The notes under the pieces were generated by a model. The model was not told where the DNA came from. It ran no database searches and worked only from the letters and a program-made list of their open reading frames with translations. A DNA stretch of 60,789 bases from a virus (lineage: Duplodnaviria; Caudoviricetes). The stretch is from positions 1 to 60,789 of the IMG/VR virus record IMGVR_UViG_3300033485_000012; one strand, given 5' to 3'. A program made the translations under genes and the position numbers. Each line of letters starts with the position of its first letter. Position 1 is the stretch's first letter. This document shows, piece by piece, positions 20,583 to 30,256 of the stretch.

Positions 20583-20915
20583 ATGCATGCAATCATCCTC
20601 GATGACTTGACCGAACGCCACGAACAGTTCACCGCCCGCTACCCAAGTTATGACATCGCCCACTGCTACAATGTAGCCCAGTTCGTGCATCACCTCGTAA
20701 CCTATCCTGGACATATCGACTTGGTGTCTTTGGATCACGACCTTGGCAATGAATTGGACGTTGGAAACGGCATGGATGCGGCGAAGGTTCTCGTCAATTA
20801 CATCGACAAAGACACCACTCTGCGCGTGCACTCCTTCAACACTCCCAGGGCACTGGCTATGCTCGAATTCTTCAAGGCTTGTGGATTCTTCGGCTGTGGG
20901 CTCGCGAGATTGTAA
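20583..20915 (+). CDS. Cyclic-phosphate-processing receiver-like domain protein
   Basis: ILDD...VSLDHDLG...G.D.AK...VHS.N motif set; lies inside the tRNA cluster. Confidence 0.7.
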   Translation: MHAIILDDLTERHEQFTARYPSYDIAHCYNVAQFVHHLVTYPGHIDLVSLDHDLGNELDVGNGMDAAKVLVNYIDKDTTLRVHSFNTPRALAMLEFFKACGFFGCGLARL

Positions 20916-20922
20916 GAAGTAA

Positions 20923-20993
20923 TGGGACTTCGTCCAATGGTAGGACAACGGACTTTGACTCCGTTTATGTAGGTCCGAATCCTACAGTCCCAA
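20923..20993 (+). tRNA. tRNA-Gln(TTG)
   Basis: TGGGACT/AGTCCCA, ACGGA-CT-TTG-AC-TCCGT; variant T-loop TCCGAAT. Confidence 0.85.
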
Positions 20994-20999
20994 TTGTGA

Positions 21000-21071
21000 A
21001 CACCAATAGCTCAGAGGTAGAGCGGGGCACTTACACTGCCTAGGTCGGGGGTTCGAAACCCTCTTGGTGTA
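21000..21071 (+). tRNA. tRNA-Val(TAC)
   Basis: ACACCAA/TTGGTGT, GGCA-CT-TAC-AC-TGCC. Confidence 0.85.
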
Positions 21072-21075
21072 TGTA

Positions 21076-21149
21076 GGTCCGGTCGCTCAATCGGCAGAAG
21101 CAGACGGCTTAGAATCGTCACAGTGGGGGTTCGAATCCCCCTCGGACCA
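21076..21149 (+). tRNA. tRNA with TAG (Leu) anticodon and short variable loop
   Basis: GGTCCGG/TCGGACC, GACGG-CT-TAG-AA-TCGTC, GGGGG-TTCGAAT-CCCCC. Confidence 0.8.
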
Positions 21150-21167
21150 TGGTTGACAAAGCAGTGC

Positions 21168-21241
21168 ACACCCGTAGCTCAGTTGGTTAGAGCGCGCGCC
21201 TGATATGCGTGAGGTCGGTGGTTCGAGTCCACCCGGGTGTA
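21168..21241 (+). tRNA. tRNA-Ile(GAT)
   Basis: ACACCCG/CGGGTGT, CT-GAT-AT loop, GTTCGAGTC. Confidence 0.9.
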
Positions 21242-21282
21242 AGTAGGTCCAGCGACTTTTGGACTGGATAAGGAGTAGGTAA

Positions 21283-21906
21283 ATGCTAAATTACAGTGCA
21301 GTAAGAAGGGCCATTCAAGTCAATGGCGAGGTAGAGCTCCCACGACACAAGAACCCTAAAAAGCGTCGGTTCGATGAAGAGATGTTGTGGGCGATTGTGG
21401 GCAATAGCGACACCCCGACTAGCTTTTGTAGAAAAGATGGCAAGGCGTATCTAGTTCTAAGTCAAGACAAGGCGCTTCAAGCAAAACTCTACTCGCGTCG
21501 CGGTTGGGTGCCACCCAGAAAACAAAGATCGAACTTCACGGAAGAGGGCCTACGAGCCATCGTATCTAAATACAACCGCCCCGTTGATCTCGAAATGGGC
21601 GATCATAGCGCTCAAGTTATTCTAGCCAAACCGAAGAATCGAGCCCTTCGAGCTAAGCTGTATGCGGAACGCGGGTGGGTCGCGCAGCCCCATCGAACGC
21701 CTATCAAAACCACAGAAGCGGGTTTTCGAGCTATTCTGGCCGAGTATCCCACCTCAAAAGACTTCCGTAAAAGCGACCGGAGCACTTACAAGTTGCTGGC
21801 AAGTAGCGCGAGACGTGCAATGCACGTCAAGTTGTACGCCGAACGCGGCTGGAAGGTTCGTGCCGCTAGACCCAAGAAGCCGAAGTCGGTCGAATCCGAG
21901 ATTTAG
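21283..21906 (+). CDS. Basic protein with three ~55-aa repeats (putative nucleic-acid binding)
   Basis: KLY[SA]xRGW...EEG.RAI repeats; AGGAG SD. Confidence 0.65.
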   Translation: MLNYSAVRRAIQVNGEVELPRHKNPKKRRFDEEMLWAIVGNSDTPTSFCRKDGKAYLVLSQDKALQAKLYSRRGWVPPRKQRSNFTEEGLRAIVSKYNRPVDLEMGDHSAQVILAKPKNRALRAKLYAERGWVAQPHRTPIKTTEAGFRAILAEYPTSKDFRKSDRSTYKLLASSARRAMHVKLYAERGWKVRAARPKKPKSVESEI

Positions 21907-22320
21907 GAAGAAGTCGACCTGTCAGACTGACCCCCCCATTGACTTTTTCTTAGATCAGCGTAAAATACCCCTATGGATCCCAACATCAAACTGCTTGTCG
22001 ACATTGTTTTCTACAGCGCCGTGGCATTCTGCGCTGTTGCCGCGCTTTCTTCTCGACGCAATTGAACGGAGATTTGACAATGGACATGTTCCCGATGTAT
22101 TACCTGTTTGGCGTCATTTCCCTCTCCATCGGGTTGGCGATCAACCTCGATCTCTACCTTCGTCACACTCGTTCACTTCAGCGGCGCGCATACAACTTGG
22201 ACGCATGGGAAGACGACCTCCTTCGACGAGAAGAGGACCTCTGCGAACGGGAAGCTGATTTGATGCAGCAAGAGACTTACGCAGTTCATGACGGACTAAC
22301 CCGAGCTGGAAAGTGACCCG

Positions 22321-22677
22321 ATGACTCGAAAAGAACTAATTCAGCTTTGTCGCGAGCACGGCGCTTGTCGACGCGGAATCCGATGGCTCTCTCGCCACCA
22401 GAAAAGCCCGCGAGAGTTATGGGCCACATGCAGCGACCTCTCTTTTTTGTGGTGGTTCTCTCTTGAGTTCGGCCTCTTGACCGTCAACGAACAGAGCGAG
22501 GTCGACCGATTCGAAGAAGAGTCTGTCAAGATCTATCGTGGTGAGCGACATCAGTTATGCGGCGCTAGGTTCTGCCAACTCGACAGAGCCTCTTGGGCGC
22601 GACACGAAACTCGATGTTGCGACAAGCTTCGAAGTGTGGTAAGTTGGGCTGTAGTGGTGGAGATCCTCAATAACTAG
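22321..22677 (+). CDS. Hypothetical protein, paralog of 10844..11398 lacking the repeats
   Basis: MTR.E.I....GAC..I.W....P.ELW..C...RSVVSW. Confidence 0.7.
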   Translation: MTRKELIQLCREHGACRRGIRWLSRHQKSPRELWATCSDLSFLWWFSLEFGLLTVNEQSEVDRFEEESVKIYRGERHQLCGARFCQLDRASWARHETRCCDKLRSVVSWAVVVEILNN

Positions 22678-23384
22678 AAAGAGCAGAATCGAGCCAACAA
22701 TGCCCAATAATACCTACATCACCCCCAATGACCCCCATGACGTGATTCTTTGCATTGCACAGGGTCTGGCACTAGTCGCCCTGATCGCCCTACTCTTCTT
22801 GGTGCTGACATGACCCCGATGGGTGCCAAAACGACAACTCACAGCGTTACAGTATCACCGCCCGAGAATTCGAACCCTACATTGGACTCGCTAAAATCCT
22901 TGTACAGTGGCCCCATTACCATTGCCGTACAGGCAACTTCGACAATCGAAGCGCTACGAATGGCACGGGCCATGCTTCCTTGGAAGCTACACCCCTGGAC
23001 GTTCGACATGTCAGCTGGTGTACGATGACCCCTATGGAGGCCTACAAAGCCTACATCGTCCAATGGTCTCCTCCAAGAGGGCATAGACTCCACTTCTACG
23101 CTCGTGGGTGGACTCCGCTCACTCGAACGCAATTTGAGGCGGAATGCGCTGCATGGGACATGGAGCCGCTACGACTCTTGACGCGGTTGTTGCTAGAAGA
23201 GGGCCGGTCGTGATTAATTCCATCGCGTGCTTCATCATGTTGTGCGCCATCATGCCTATGGTCGTTGTATTCGCACTATGGGCGACAATCGAGATCTACT
23301 CGTGGGTGTCCGGTAAAAAGTGACCCCTGGGGTCGAAAATAGGGGTGTTGTTTGGAAACACCCCTATGGATCGACTTTTTTGGA

Positions 23385-25832
23385 TTACAGCGTAACCGTA
23401 ATAGGCAACAACACACCCGTTCCAGCCACTTCGACCGTCAAGGTGATTTCGCATACGGGGCCATTGATGGCCACCGATACCGAAGACACACCTCGGAATG
23501 ACGGATCTCCTACGAATAAACTCTTGCAGGCATCAAGAATGTCTTGGGCTGAAGTGTCGGCCACTGAAATCCCAACAGAAACGGGCAATCCGTAATCCGG
23601 GTGCCCCAAGACGCTTCCCCTACGCGTAGCAATGGCCAGACGAACCTTCTGAACAATGTTGTTCAACCCAACAGCCAATGGAGCTTCACCGGTGTCGGTA
23701 ATGACCAAATCCCCACTGGAGTCGAGCAACAGATCGATTCCACCCACTTGCAAGTATGGGTCCGCGTAGTCTATGCCCGGAATGTCGATTGTGCGAACGT
23801 CGAAGGAGTCTGGCGGCATGTCCGAAGGGATGAACAAACTCTGACGCGAATTCACCGTATTGGGCAAAAACGCCTCTAAAACCGCGTTAGCGGCCACTTG
23901 GTAACCGGACACGTCTCCGTCGAGATCTACGCGCCATGAAGCGCCTAGGGGGCCTATGGCTCCAATATGGAACTGCACACGGGGGGTGTTAGTGGAACTC
24001 AACCACACTGTTTGTCCTGGCGTTAGATCCGTAACGTCAGACAACAACACTGAGTGGCCGTTCCCGTTGGCTAGCAATGGTCGACTAAAACCCACTTCAT
24101 CGACATACGGACTCATCAGGCCGTTCAGTGTAGCGATTTCGTGCCATCTCGTGGCATCACCCAAGTATTGTTGGGCTAACTTTTCAAGGGTGGCCCCGTA
24201 TGAAAATGGAGCAAGGAATTTACTGACAGGCCTATGGTAGGCAATTCCACTACGTTGGGCAAGCCCAGCGACGTAGTCTTGGCTGGCGGTATTCGGCTCA
24301 GAGTCAACCCCAACTGCGCGTTTGTTGTATTCGGTTATGAGGTCGTTGAAGGCGCCACACGCTTCGAGGTCTTCGTCCGAAGGTGCATGTGGGTCAGTCG
24401 GGAGTTGGACGTTATAAACGTTTTGAACCGTAGTTGAACTCAATCCCAAATACGCCTCGAAGTCTCGGGCGATGGCGGCAATGGAGTCTCGAGCCGCACG
24501 GAAGTCTTCGGCCTGCATATTCCGGGCCAAGTCTCGCTCGTCCTCGATTCGTCTTCGAGTCGATGGGGGTAGAGGTAGGGCCGATGGGTCGATCGTATCG
24601 AAGTAGTCGGGGTGGTCCGAGGGGGTCTCAAAAATTTTGTCAATCACATAAGAGTTGTTGGATGTATTCGAAGTGCTGCCCGACCCACTCTCTCGCGCGC
24701 CGGTTGCCGTAGCTTTTTCAGTTACAGCTTGGCGGGTTACGCCGATTGGCTCTGAGGTGGTGTCTCCAATTGGCGTAGACACTTGCAAGAGCAGCGGCTT
24801 GAGATCTCGTAGGATGGCATCGGGCAGATCCAAAGCCGTCAACCCGACACCTACGGCTTCTTTGTAAAATAGAATGGACTGCCTGATCGGCTCGAAGATG
24901 GAGTTAACATCTGAGCGAAACCCCTTCAAGGTGTTGCGCACGGAGTTCAACACTCGTCGTGCTTGCTGTAGCTTGGCGAGCGCCATGGATTGGAACTGAC
25001 CGCTCGCCCAGTCCACCGGAAGAGACTGCGTGACGTTACCCCAAAAAGGAACGCGCTTCCAGGCCAACAGGCGAATCGTGTAGGCGTATTCTTGGACATT
25101 TGGAACAGACCTACGGCAACTGAAAGCCTGTGGAGTGACAAGATAGACTTGATCGTCCTTCCACATTTCAAATGCCAAAACCAACCCCTTGCCCTTGGTG
25201 GTCTTCTTGAGTGCGCAATAACTCTCGAAAAACCGCTCTAGAAGCTTGAATTGGTAATACCCCGATGAATACGACAAATCGCCCGTATCAGTCTCGGACG
25301 AAGGAATTACATTGGGACTAGAAAAAGTTCCAGATCCCAAAGATGTAGCGGAGTTGATGGTCTGTTGGGCTCCCGCGATGGTTCCTCCGAAGATCCCCTT
25401 GAAGACATCTCCGACAGGTCCACCTAAAAAGTCACTGCCGACGGACCCACGCAACGGCAACACACCTGTAGTGCCTTGCAGGTTTATGTGTTTGAAGGGG
25501 GCGCCGTTGTGCTCTTCCAAAATGCCGCCTAAGGTGGCGGTAGTGGTGATGGCGAACGGCGTATCGGTCGTCATCGCTTCGGGAGGAATCGGAAGTGTAA
25601 AGGGCGGTAGGGTGACGTCATCGAGCTGATACGAATCTCCCACCTGGCGATACAAGGCTAGGCGGTAAGGGAAAGACTTGTTCCAGCGCTCCCTCTTAAT
25701 CGAGGCGTAGCTCCAAAAGGGATCTTGGAGGGCTTTAGTGCCCATCGACGCTGTTTCGATGGCGCGATTGGTCGCGCGCGCGGCCTCTGGAAGGTCGGAG
25801 TTCTGTCGCGTATAAGTAATAGCGGATGGCAT
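23385..25832 (-). CDS. Baseplate protein (LysM-like segment and C-terminal gp25/wedge-like domain)
   Basis: TLEKLAQQYLGDATRWHEIATLNGL; GLNNIVQKVRLAIAT.RGS...HPDYG; AATCTT motif 6 nt upstream. Confidence 0.65.
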   Translation of the reverse strand: MPSAITYTRQNSDLPEAARATNRAIETASMGTKALQDPFWSYASIKRERWNKSFPYRLALYRQVGDSYQLDDVTLPPFTLPIPPEAMTTDTPFAITTTATLGGILEEHNGAPFKHINLQGTTGVLPLRGSVGSDFLGGPVGDVFKGIFGGTIAGAQQTINSATSLGSGTFSSPNVIPSSETDTGDLSYSSGYYQFKLLERFFESYCALKKTTKGKGLVLAFEMWKDDQVYLVTPQAFSCRRSVPNVQEYAYTIRLLAWKRVPFWGNVTQSLPVDWASGQFQSMALAKLQQARRVLNSVRNTLKGFRSDVNSIFEPIRQSILFYKEAVGVGLTALDLPDAILRDLKPLLLQVSTPIGDTTSEPIGVTRQAVTEKATATGARESGSGSTSNTSNNSYVIDKIFETPSDHPDYFDTIDPSALPLPPSTRRRIEDERDLARNMQAEDFRAARDSIAAIARDFEAYLGLSSTTVQNVYNVQLPTDPHAPSDEDLEACGAFNDLITEYNKRAVGVDSEPNTASQDYVAGLAQRSGIAYHRPVSKFLAPFSYGATLEKLAQQYLGDATRWHEIATLNGLMSPYVDEVGFSRPLLANGNGHSVLLSDVTDLTPGQTVWLSSTNTPRVQFHIGAIGPLGASWRVDLDGDVSGYQVAANAVLEAFLPNTVNSRQSLFIPSDMPPDSFDVRTIDIPGIDYADPYLQVGGIDLLLDSSGDLVITDTGEAPLAVGLNNIVQKVRLAIATRRGSVLGHPDYGLPVSVGISVADTSAQDILDACKSLFVGDPSFRGVSSVSVAINGPVCEITLTVEVAGTGVLLPITVTL

Positions 25833-25990
25833 ACAACAAAGATTGGAACCGACGGCAAGGGCTTCAAAAATACCCCCCCCGGGGGGGGGTCAAAAATAAC
25901 ACCCATTTTCAAAAATACCCCTATGGATGCTCTTTTTTGACCCATGGTGGTGCTTGACGGCAGAAGTCGAGAGGTGCTATTGGTTACCCC

Positions 25991-26413
25991 ATGGCAAACC
26001 TCAAATACTACGACGTAGAGCGGGAGATGTTCGGCGCCGACCTGAGAGGCACCATTCTTATACAGGACATCTCAAAAGAGATTCGTAGGATTTGCCGACA
26101 CTTTCACGTCCCGACGATCCAACACGAACTGTGGCGTGGGAGGTACTCCTTTTACGACAGAGACGGCAGGTTCATCCGATTCGCATACTGCGATACCCGT
26201 AACTGGGGAAGCGGTTACATCTTCGTATCGAGTCTCTTACACGAGATCGCACATTACCTAGACGACTGCCAGCGCTCCAAGGAAATCGAAGCCGTCTTTC
26301 GAAATGATACTCGAAATTACGTGCGGCGGTCCGCCACAATTCGACAGGCAAAGTGGCATGGGCCTAGACACCGCGCCCAAATGGTGGCATTAGTCAAGTG
26401 GTGGTTGGACTAA
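25991..26413 (+). CDS. SprT-like HExxH protein
   Basis: LLHEIAH...WHGP. Confidence 0.55.
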   Translation: MANLKYYDVEREMFGADLRGTILIQDISKEIRRICRHFHVPTIQHELWRGRYSFYDRDGRFIRFAYCDTRNWGSGYIFVSSLLHEIAHYLDDCQRSKEIEAVFRNDTRNYVRRSATIRQAKWHGPRHRAQMVALVKWWLD

Positions 26414-26771
26414 GAGGAGATCGATAATGTGCGACAGAAAGTGCGATTCGTGTAAGTGTAAGGTGGAGCTCACCCACACCCAAGCTTTGAAGGTCAGCTT
26501 GCAGCGCCGGTTGCTGCGCCTGACTCCGTGGTTGTTTCCTGCTATCTGGCTGTTCGACCGCATCGGACATCTAACCGGCATGTGGTGTTTGGGGGTGTAA
26601 TATGGCGAAGACCAAACCGAAGATCATCAAAATCGACAATTTGGAGATCACAGAGCACAAGGACAAGCTTTGGGTGTTTTTCACCAACGACGAATTCGAA
26701 GCAGCGATGGACATCGACACGGCGCAAAAATTCGCGCAGTATGTACTGGAAACTTACGGAGAGTTGGAATA

Positions 26772-27197
26772 ATGAGCCACTACAACATGCAGTATGACCC
26801 CGACATCAACGAGAAGTTCGAGAATTTCACCATCAAAGAGGTCCTTGCCGACGACGATCGCGTGCGATTCCACTCGCGAGACGGCCGAATCCTCTACGTC
26901 GAAGTCTCGACGGATTGTTGCGACGATTCTTACTTCGACAAAGATTCCATCGAAGATATGAAGTGGCTTGTGGGGCAGACTCTACTCTCCATTGAGTCGG
27001 TCGAGACAAGCGCCGAGACCACAGATCCGCGTCCAAACGACGACACCTTCTATGACTGCGGACATCAGCGGGTGTATTGCTTGGTGTTCAAGACACTCTC
27101 ATCGGAGATTTCGGTGTTGTGGCGCAATGATTCTAATGGGTGCTATTACGGCAGTGTCGAGGTCAAACTGATTGCCCCCTCACCGCTCGCCAACTGA
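26772..27197 (+). CDS. Conserved hypothetical phage protein
   Basis: DCC..S...L.G..L..IE...SNG.Y.G motif seen in phage proteins. Confidence 0.65.
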   Translation: MSHYNMQYDPDINEKFENFTIKEVLADDDRVRFHSRDGRILYVEVSTDCCDDSYFDKDSIEDMKWLVGQTLLSIESVETSAETTDPRPNDDTFYDCGHQRVYCLVFKTLSSEISVLWRNDSNGCYYGSVEVKLIAPSPLAN

Positions 27198-27236
27198 GCG
27201 CTTGCAACACCTCAAACAGTCTGATATAACACCCCC

Positions 27237-27728
27237 ATGGACCCGAAAAAGCTGGCCGCACGCATCAAAGAAGAAATCAAACGCTTGATGTCCGAGACCG
27301 AATGGGTGGACGGTGTCAGGCCGGCCCCATTCTACTTCGAGACGAAGTGTGTGGATTTGGAGATTGCCTTGACGGCGGTTGAGCCACATGCGGCGTTCCG
27401 TCAAATGCACATCTTCTGTAAGGCGTGTGGGTATGCCGCATACTACTCTGACGGAGAGCTCGGGTGTATCAACGGCAACTGCGCCAAGCGCTGGTCTCGT
27501 CAAGATATCGACACCATGGGGGCGGTGGCAATCTCCAAGGCCTTCCGCACCATGGAAGACACGACAAAAGACGGGGCGGACTGGCCCGACACCTTACATG
27601 ACGTCGTTCAAGAGCGTAAGATGATTACAGTGATGGAACCGATGACGAAAGAGGAATTCATCCGCGCTCGAGTGGAGCGCTTCTACGCCGCACGCCAATC
27701 ATTCCGGAGGGAGTTCCCATGTCGGTGA
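27237..27728 (+). CDS. Hypothetical protein with CxxC...CxxxxC
   Basis: Promoter TTGCAA(27202), ATG at +35. Confidence 0.7.
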   Translation: MDPKKLAARIKEEIKRLMSETEWVDGVRPAPFYFETKCVDLEIALTAVEPHAAFRQMHIFCKACGYAAYYSDGELGCINGNCAKRWSRQDIDTMGAVAISKAFRTMEDTTKDGADWPDTLHDVVQERKMITVMEPMTKEEFIRARVERFYAARQSFRREFPCR

Positions 27729-27952
27729 CCGCCAAAGTCTTCAACTACATCCTAAAATATCCGGGCAGCCATGTCATCGACATCGCCCGTGAATGCAAGC
27801 TGAAGCTCCGGCCGACCCTGCAAGCTCTCAGCGCTCTTATGGACTACGAATTTGTGATGCAAACAAACGATCGCACACCCAGATATCGAATCGTCGAGAC
27901 GGTTCAGGTGCTTGACCTCATTGAATGCGGTTTTCAGGTAAAAATCAAATGA
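27719..27952 (+). CDS. Small winged-HTH protein
   Basis: VF.YI...PG....IAREC.L......L..L....V. Confidence 0.55.
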   Translation: MSVTAKVFNYILKYPGSHVIDIARECKLKLRPTLQALSALMDYEFVMQTNDRTPRYRIVETVQVLDLIECGFQVKIK

Positions 27953-28812
27953 TAGACCTCGACACCCCCATTGGATACCGTTTTTCGACCGACCCTGATG
28001 TAATGGGCTACAACGGCCGCGCCGCACAAGATGCGGCGATGGCGGATTTTCAGAACTCCATGCCGTGTGTAATCAAAACTTGGCCGTCGATGCTAGAGCG
28101 TGAAAACCAGATTTGGGGACTGTTGGGGTGGCACGAGGGTGGTTATGGAGAAGGCGTTGTGGTGTACCATGAGCGCTGCGTGCAAGATGGTGGGGTGTGG
28201 CGTAAGCTGACTCAATCCGAAACAGACCATTTGACGGTGTTGTCGAATTCCAAGAAAGGTGGCGCGAAATGTTTTGGCCGTACTTGATTCTAGCTGGTGC
28301 TTGTAACGTGATGTTCACCACACTCCCCGCCCCGGTATCCATGGTGTTCTTCGGGGCTCAAGTCGCTTGTGCTTTGGGCGCCACACTCACTTACATCAAC
28401 GAACCCTTGCAGTAACCCAAGAAGTAGCGTATACGTCAATCACCCCAAACCGGAGAAGTAAAAACACAATGGCTACCATCACATGCAGCGTCCAGAACGG
28501 CTTCGAGTTCCCTAAGCAGGCGGCTTCGTTCGAGGTTTTTCTCGCTCGATGTCAGAGGTCGCTGGACTGCACCGATGACGAAGAGTTCCTGATTGCGGCG
28601 TTCCTTGATGGCGGATACGACAAGGATGTCGACTACACTTACCGCGCCATGGCTGATGTATGCGCGATGTATCCCGACTTGATTTTCGTCATGGAGGTCA
28701 CGCAAGACGGCGAACTGTTCGAGGTCGGCTACTTCCAGGGTCCTACGTGCAAGGTTGTCAAACCCGAAATCGTCGATGGCGAAGTGTTCGTGCCGTCGTT
28801 TAAGGATGCCCC

Positions 28813-29250
28813 TTGATCAACAAGCGAGCCCCGATGGAGGTCCTAGTCGGCAAGGGTATTGTTCAAGTGGCCGTGGACACCACCTACGACGGCGTAGTGG
28901 TTCCGCCGAGTTTTGTTGGCGGACACATCATGCTCAATTTCTCCTACCGATACCGCCCAGGAGATTTGACGATTGACGACTTCGGTATACGTGCTACGTT
29001 GTCGTTCAGCGGCCAGTCTTTTAAGGTGGAAGTCCCTTGGGGTTCAGTCGCGGCGATGGCCAGTCTGGTGACGGGAGAAGTGGTCGAGTTTGAGCTAGAA
29101 CCCCACGAACCGACGTTTCAACGAGCCTCGGGTGATATTCAACCTACCGAATCGACTAAATTCAAGTTGTATGTCGTGCCAGATGAACCGGGAATCCCCA
29201 AGATGTTTTCCACGCCCCGAACCGGGCACTTGCGCTTGCTCAAGAACTGA
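28813..29250 (+). CDS. sspB: ClpXP protease adaptor SspB-like protein
   Basis: GVVVP...I.LN.S....DL.ID..GI.ATLSFSG....VPW..V; C-terminal HLRLLK resembles the ClpX-binding LRVVK. Confidence 0.8.
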   Translation: MINKRAPMEVLVGKGIVQVAVDTTYDGVVVPPSFVGGHIMLNFSYRYRPGDLTIDDFGIRATLSFSGQSFKVEVPWGSVAAMASLVTGEVVEFELEPHEPTFQRASGDIQPTESTKFKLYVVPDEPGIPKMFSTPRTGHLRLLKN

Positions 29251-29496
29251 CATGCTATTCGACGAAGAACGAGACTCCCCGATGCCCGCCGACATGGAGC
29301 AAGCCACCGCCGAAATCATCGCCTTGAGAAGGATCTTACGCAACGAACGGAACATGCTCGTCAAGGTAGTGGAAGCTCGCGAAAAGTACCGGCGAGAACT
29401 CGGTACAGTGGCAAGGCGATCGTGTGAAAAAGACAAAGAAATCGCACAGCTGCGACGAGAAGTCGTTCATGTGCAGGAAGCTTGCAGTCGAAGTAG

Positions 29497-29796
29497 TTGA
29501 CATACAACAAGAAAGACAAAATGGACAAAATCTATACAAATACACTCAAGGCTTTGATGGTCGAGAGCGGCGGGGCTCCCGTATGGCTGTGTGACGTGGC
29601 GCAACGCTTGGTGGACGACGGGTTTCCCGACGAGTATTGGCGGGAGTTTCCTGATTGGGCGTTCGAGGCTCACGCGTGTTACCGGGTGACGCTGCGTCCG
29701 TGCGACGTCACATCAAGCATGTGGACTGCACAAGTTCAAGCTAGCGAGACCGTCAGTCCGAGTGGGGCTGTATACCACACTATTACGACGCCTTAA
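29497..29796 (+). CDS. Hypothetical protein (paralog of 3987..4256)
   Basis: See 3987; start codon uncertain. Confidence 0.65.
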   Translation: MTYNKKDKMDKIYTNTLKALMVESGGAPVWLCDVAQRLVDDGFPDEYWREFPDWAFEAHACYRVTLRPCDVTSSMWTAQVQASETVSPSGAVYHTITTP

Positions 29797-30176
29797 GGTG
29801 TGATGAGGTGGGCATCATGACGAGAGGGCTTAAACTTGTAGTACTTTGACTCAGGTTTACCCACAAGCGCTTGCACTTCGGGGTGTACTGGGCCTTCCGG
29901 GTTGTGGCCGAATGCCTTGCAGTGTAGCGCGTACATCACGCTATGTTTGCGGGCCTCGTCTGCATCGCCTGCGGCTTGTGCGGCCTTCGATCCTTGGAGG
30001 TGATGAGCCGCGCCCTTTTTGTGTTGCTCCACACGGTATTCATCATGTGCGCGCTGTTCGGCGTCATGCTTCGGAAGCCGGTACACCATCTCAAGCACGG
30101 CCGCGCGGCGCTCCAAGTCGTGGGCGTCGTCTGGGTGTGCGATCGTGCGGTCTTGCCATTTGTGCGATGTAGCCAT
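29793..30176 (-). CDS. Late, probably virion-associated, hypothetical protein
   Basis: Start reassigned to MATSHKWQ, 6 nt after an AATCTT motif. Confidence 0.65.
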   Translation of the reverse strand: MATSHKWQDRTIAHPDDAHDLERRAAVLEMVYRLPKHDAEQRAHDEYRVEQHKKGAAHHLQGSKAAQAAGDADEARKHSVMYALHCKAFGHNPEGPVHPEVQALVGKPESKYYKFKPSRHDAHLITP

Positions 30177-30256
30177 ACGAACAAGATTGACTCCGAAACC
30201 CGAAAGTGCCATAAGGGTCTTGCGGATGACCACCGCGCAAACAACGGAGACGTAAA

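Noticed and set aside
21076-21149. Amber suppressor tRNA
   Set aside because: The anticodon reads TAG (decodes CUA); an amber suppressor needs CTA.
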